DNA of 18,100 nucleotides from an uncultured Eubacteriales bacterium (GTDB lineage Bacteria; Bacillota; Clostridia; TANB77; SIG350): the NCBI GenBank assembly GCA_964520895.1, contig CAZFOR010000023.1:1-18100 (forward strand). The letters run 5' to 3'. Every line of letters starts with the position of its first letter. Positions within the stretch are counted from its first letter, which is position 1. The notes under the pieces were generated by a model. It had not been told where the DNA came from, did not search any database, and saw only the letters and a program-made list of their open reading frames with translations. The position numbers were made by a program, and so were the translations under genes. Shown here piece after piece: positions 15,749 through 18,100 of the stretch.

Positions 15749-15776
15749 TGTTAAAAAAAACTAAGGAGGTGCTATT

Positions 15777-15962
15777 ATGGCAAAATGTGAAGTATGTGGA
15801 AAAGGTAAAGTGTTTTTTAAACAAGTAAGTCATTCACATAAAATATCAAGCAAAGCTTGGAAACCAAATTTAAGAACTGTTAAAACTTTAGTAAATGGAG
15901 AAAACAAAAAAATAACTATGTGTGCTAAATGTTTAAGAACAAGTAAATTACAAAAAAACTAA
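15777..15962 (+). CDS. rpmB: 50S ribosomal protein L28 (Cys-containing zinc-ribbon form)
   Basis: 61 aa; MAKCEVCGKG...SHSHK...W.PNL....LVNGE.KK...CAKCLR matches the L28 family. Two CxxC pairs are present. Confidence 0.93.
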   Translation: MAKCEVCGKGKVFFKQVSHSHKISSKAWKPNLRTVKTLVNGENKKITMCAKCLRTSKLQKN

Positions 15963-15970
15963 TAAAATTT

Positions 15971-15993
15971 ACACCTTAATTGGTGTTTTTTTT
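15971..15993 (+). terminator. rho-independent terminator of rpmB
   Basis: ACACC-TTAATT-GGTGT followed by T8. Confidence 0.7.
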
Positions 15994-16011
15994 ATTTATA
16001 TTGAAAGACAC

Positions 16012-16054
16012 AAAAAAACAGAAGATAAATTCTCTTAAAATCTTCTGTTTTTTA
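16012..16054. terminator. bidirectional terminator hairpin
   Basis: An A-run, then ACAGAAGAT (16018..16026), a 13-nt loop, ATCTTCTGT (16040..16048) and a T-run. It serves the minus-strand GHKL gene that ends at 16058 and backs up rpmB. Confidence 0.7.
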
Positions 16055-16057
16055 TTG

Positions 16058-16474
16058 TTATATTAAATTAATTTCTACATCAATAGTAGTTCCTACACCT
16101 ATTTCTGATGCAATATTTAATGTATCACTATTATCTTGTATAACACTAAGACCTCTTCCAAGCCCATATCCCTTTTCTTTCATTTCATTATTTGCAGTTG
16201 TAAATCCTTCTTCAAAAGCAAGTCCTATATTTTCAATTCCAGGTCCTTTGTCTCTAAATCTTGCTTTTAATATATTATCATATATATTAATTTCTATTTC
16301 ACCTGAATCTGCATAAAGTTTAATATTTTTTTCAGCTTCATATACTACTTTTTCAATTTTTTCTAATACATCTGTTTTAATATTATATTCTTTAATATTA
16401 TCCATTAGGTCTTTTGTTATATCTCCAATTTTTGTATCTTTTGTTATTTGCTTATATATGTAAATCTTATCCAT
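16058..16474 (-). CDS. orphan SpoIIAB/RsbW-like GHKL ATPase (anti-sigma-factor-type kinase fold)
   Basis: The ORF track starts at 16504. I prefer the ATG at 16474 (MDKIYIYKQ), 6 nt after GAAAGG. Motifs: N-box-like YEAEKNIKLYA, G1 DKGPGIENI, G2 GYGLGRG. Confidence 0.75.
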   Translation of the reverse strand: MDKIYIYKQITKDTKIGDITKDLMDNIKEYNIKTDVLEKIEKVVYEAEKNIKLYADSGEIEINIYDNILKARFRDKGPGIENIGLAFEEGFTTANNEMKEKGYGLGRGLSVIQDNSDTLNIASEIGVGTTIDVEINLI

Positions 16475-16539
16475 AACCATCCTTTCAATATATATTTTAT
16501 TCATGTATATGTATTATATCACTTTTTTAAAAAAATGTA

Positions 16540-16568
16540 TAGACATATTTTTTTTGCTATGCTATACT
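16540..16568 (+). promoter_or_regulatory. sigma-A type promoter of the membrane-protein pair
   Basis: TAGACA (16540..16545), 17-nt spacer ending TGC, then TATACT (16563..16568). SD GAAAGGAG precedes the ATG at 16592. Confidence 0.5.
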
Positions 16569-16591
16569 GTTTCAGAAAGGAGTGGTAAAAA

Positions 16592-16978
16592 ATGTTTTCA
16601 AAAAATATTAGAACCATTTATTTGTACTTAATATGTCTTATAACTTTATTCATGGTAATTGGAGGATTAATTTCTACAATATATAATGTTACAGAATATA
16701 TTTTTCCAAACAATTATTATAGAAGTTATGGTTATGACTATATCGATTCAAAAGAATTCGAAAATGAACCAGTATCTGCCCAGGAATATGAAGAATATAT
16801 TAAAATGCAGGAAATAGATAGACTTAGAGATGAACAAAATAATAAAAGACAAGATTTAAAAAATATAATATATTCTGCTACAATATGTATTGTTGCTCTT
16901 CCAGTATATTTATATAACTGGAGAAAAATTGAAAAAGAAAGAACTGAACTAAAAGAAACTGAAAGTGCAGGTGAATAA
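16592..16978 (+). CDS. small membrane protein, paralogue 1 (two TM helices around an acidic loop)
   Basis: 128 aa with a good SD. It shares NIRTIYLYLICLI...(TM)...NVTEYIFP and a C-terminal TM with the next gene. Confidence 0.7.
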   Translation: MFSKNIRTIYLYLICLITLFMVIGGLISTIYNVTEYIFPNNYYRSYGYDYIDSKEFENEPVSAQEYEEYIKMQEIDRLRDEQNNKRQDLKNIIYSATICIVALPVYLYNWRKIEKERTELKETESAGE

Positions 16979-16979
16979 T

Positions 16980-17348
16980 ATGGCATTAATTATATTATCT
17001 ATCTTCTTATTAATACCTATTATACTTTTAGTTACGATAATATTAATTTCAACTAAAAAATCAACAGAATTATTTGAAAATAAGCTTAGAACTATTTATT
17101 GTTATTTAATATTATTGATATGTATAGTAGCTGTAATAGTATCTGTAATATTATTTGTTAATAACTTAACAGAAGTATTAATTCCAGATATTGAAGAAAC
17201 AAATCCAATATATGAAGGCAACATTGTTAAATCTACAGATAATGATACAAAAATGAACCCATATTATCGTAATTTAATTACATGTGCATTTAGTATATTA
17301 ATATTTGTACCAGTTGGAATATATCATTCAAAGAAAATCAAGAAATAG
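16980..17348 (+). CDS. small membrane protein, paralogue 2 (extra N-terminal TM helix)
   Basis: The ORF track starts at a GTG at 16965. I prefer the ATG at 16980, after AGGTGA and 1 nt past the upstream stop. KLRTIYCYLILLI...NLTEVLIP and the C-terminal TM parallel paralogue 1. Confidence 0.7.
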   Translation: MALIILSIFLLIPIILLVTIILISTKKSTELFENKLRTIYCYLILLICIVAVIVSVILFVNNLTEVLIPDIEETNPIYEGNIVKSTDNDTKMNPYYRNLITCAFSILIFVPVGIYHSKKIKK

Positions 17349-17370
17349 ATATTATTAAATATTAACCAAA

Positions 17371-17400
17371 AACAGAAATAGAAAATCTATTTCTGTTTTT
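17371..17400. terminator. bidirectional terminator between convergent genes
   Basis: AACAGAAATAG - AAAAT - CTATTTCTGTT with an A-run before and a T-run after. The right arm overlaps the eno stop codon. Confidence 0.75.
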
Positions 17401-18100
17401 GTATTATCTCATTATTATATTTAGCACTGTTTCCTAGTTCATCTTCTATTTGAATTAACCTGTTATATTTTGATACCCTATCTGTTCTACAAGGTGCACC
17501 ACTTTTTATCTGTCCTACATTTAAGGCAACTGCTAAATCTGCAATAGTTGTATCTTCTGTCTCACCTGACCTATGTGATATAACACATTTATATCCATTT
17601 TGCCTTGCATATTCAATTACATCTAAACTTTCTGTTAATGTTCCAATTTGATTTAATTTTATTAATATACTATTAGCAGAATTTTGCTTAATTCCTTTTT
17701 TTAATCTTTGTATATTTGTAACAAAAAGGTCATCACCTACTAGTTGTACTCTATTACCTAGTAAACTAGTTAATTTTGTCCAATTATCGAAATCCTCTTC
17801 TGACAAACAATCTTCTAATGAAATAATAGGATACTTATGTGACAACTCACTAAAATATTCTATCATCTCATTTGGAGTTTTTAATATATTACTTTTCCAA
17901 AAATAGTAATATCCCTCTTTTCCTATTTTTTTTGCTTCTTCATACATTTCAGTTGCAGCAATATCTAGTGCAAACATAAAATCTGTACCTAGTATATATC
18001 CTGCCTTTTCAACTGCTTTTGATAAATACTTTAATGCTTGTTCATCATTTTCTAAATTTGGTGCAAAACCTCCCTCATCTCCAACAGAAGTAGTATACCC
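17387..18100 (-). CDS. eno: enolase, C-terminal part (gene continues beyond the window)
   Basis: The frame is open to position 18100 ([15 protein letters not shown]...). Contains [45 protein letters not shown] and IEDELG. Confidence 0.95.
   Translation of the reverse strand, partial: GYTTSVGDEGGFAPNLENDEQALKYLSKAVEKAGYILGTDFMFALDIAATEMYEEAKKIGKEGYYYFWKSNILKTPNEMIEYFSELSHKYPIISLEDCLSEEDFDNWTKLTSLLGNRVQLVGDDLFVTNIQRLKKGIKQNSANSILIKLNQIGTLTESLDVIEYARQNGYKCVISHRSGETEDTTIADLAVALNVGQIKSGAPCRTDRVSKYNRLIQIEDELGNSAKYNNEIIQKQK

Noticed and set aside
16475-16504. 10-aa N-terminal extension of the GHKL ORF (MNKIYIERMV)
   Set aside because: The GAAAGG SD lies inside it and is correctly spaced for the ATG at 16474. 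The upstream ATG has no SD.
16738-16986. Minus-strand 82-aa ORF
   Set aside because: It is antisense to membrane-protein paralogue 1, which has a promoter, an SD and a paralogue supporting it.
1-18100. Scan for CRISPR arrays, tRNA/rRNA genes, transposases and integrases
   Set aside because: I saw no regularly spaced repeat-spacer array, no GC-rich cloverleaf-sized islands apart from 8865..8892, and no ORF with recombinase or transposase motifs.

Overview
Very AT-rich window: three 60-nt lines counted by hand gave 20%, 27% and 37% G+C, the two higher ones inside the ABC gene. It comes from an endospore-lineage Firmicute (Clostridia-like), shown by an adjacent spoIIAA-spoIIAB-sigF operon. Almost everything is on the minus strand.

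Layout, read along the minus strand from high to low coordinates:
- eno (partial, runs off the window).
- Plus-strand pair of paralogous small membrane proteins.
- Orphan SpoIIAB/RsbW-like GHKL ATPase.
- Plus-strand rpmB.
- spoIIAA (frameshifted), spoIIAB, sigF.
- Uncharacterised PP-loop/4-Cys ATPase.
- AAA_14/DUF4143 ATPase cassette bracketed by 53-bp direct repeats that are copies of a terminator hairpin.
- Stand-alone divergent ABC half-transporter with its own promoter and terminator.
- One tightly packed six-gene unit: valS, a small nucleoside-deoxyribosyltransferase-like protein, a GNAT, an 814-aa repeat protein, argS, a polysaccharide deacetylase.

Observations most worth follow-up:
1. 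The 814-aa protein has exact 32-residue 'CP-x-[IV]-L' repeats resembling eukaryotic mTERF motifs. It sits 14 nt upstream of argS.
2. spoIIAA carries a 1-nt insertion.
3. The ATPase cassette is flanked by repeats exactly 1400 bp apart.
4. The valS leader has no T-box I can recognise but carries an isolated GC-rich island.
5. The PP-loop protein occupies the position just downstream of sigF.

No tRNA, rRNA, CRISPR array or transposase was seen. All family assignments come from motif recognition by eye, not from searches.
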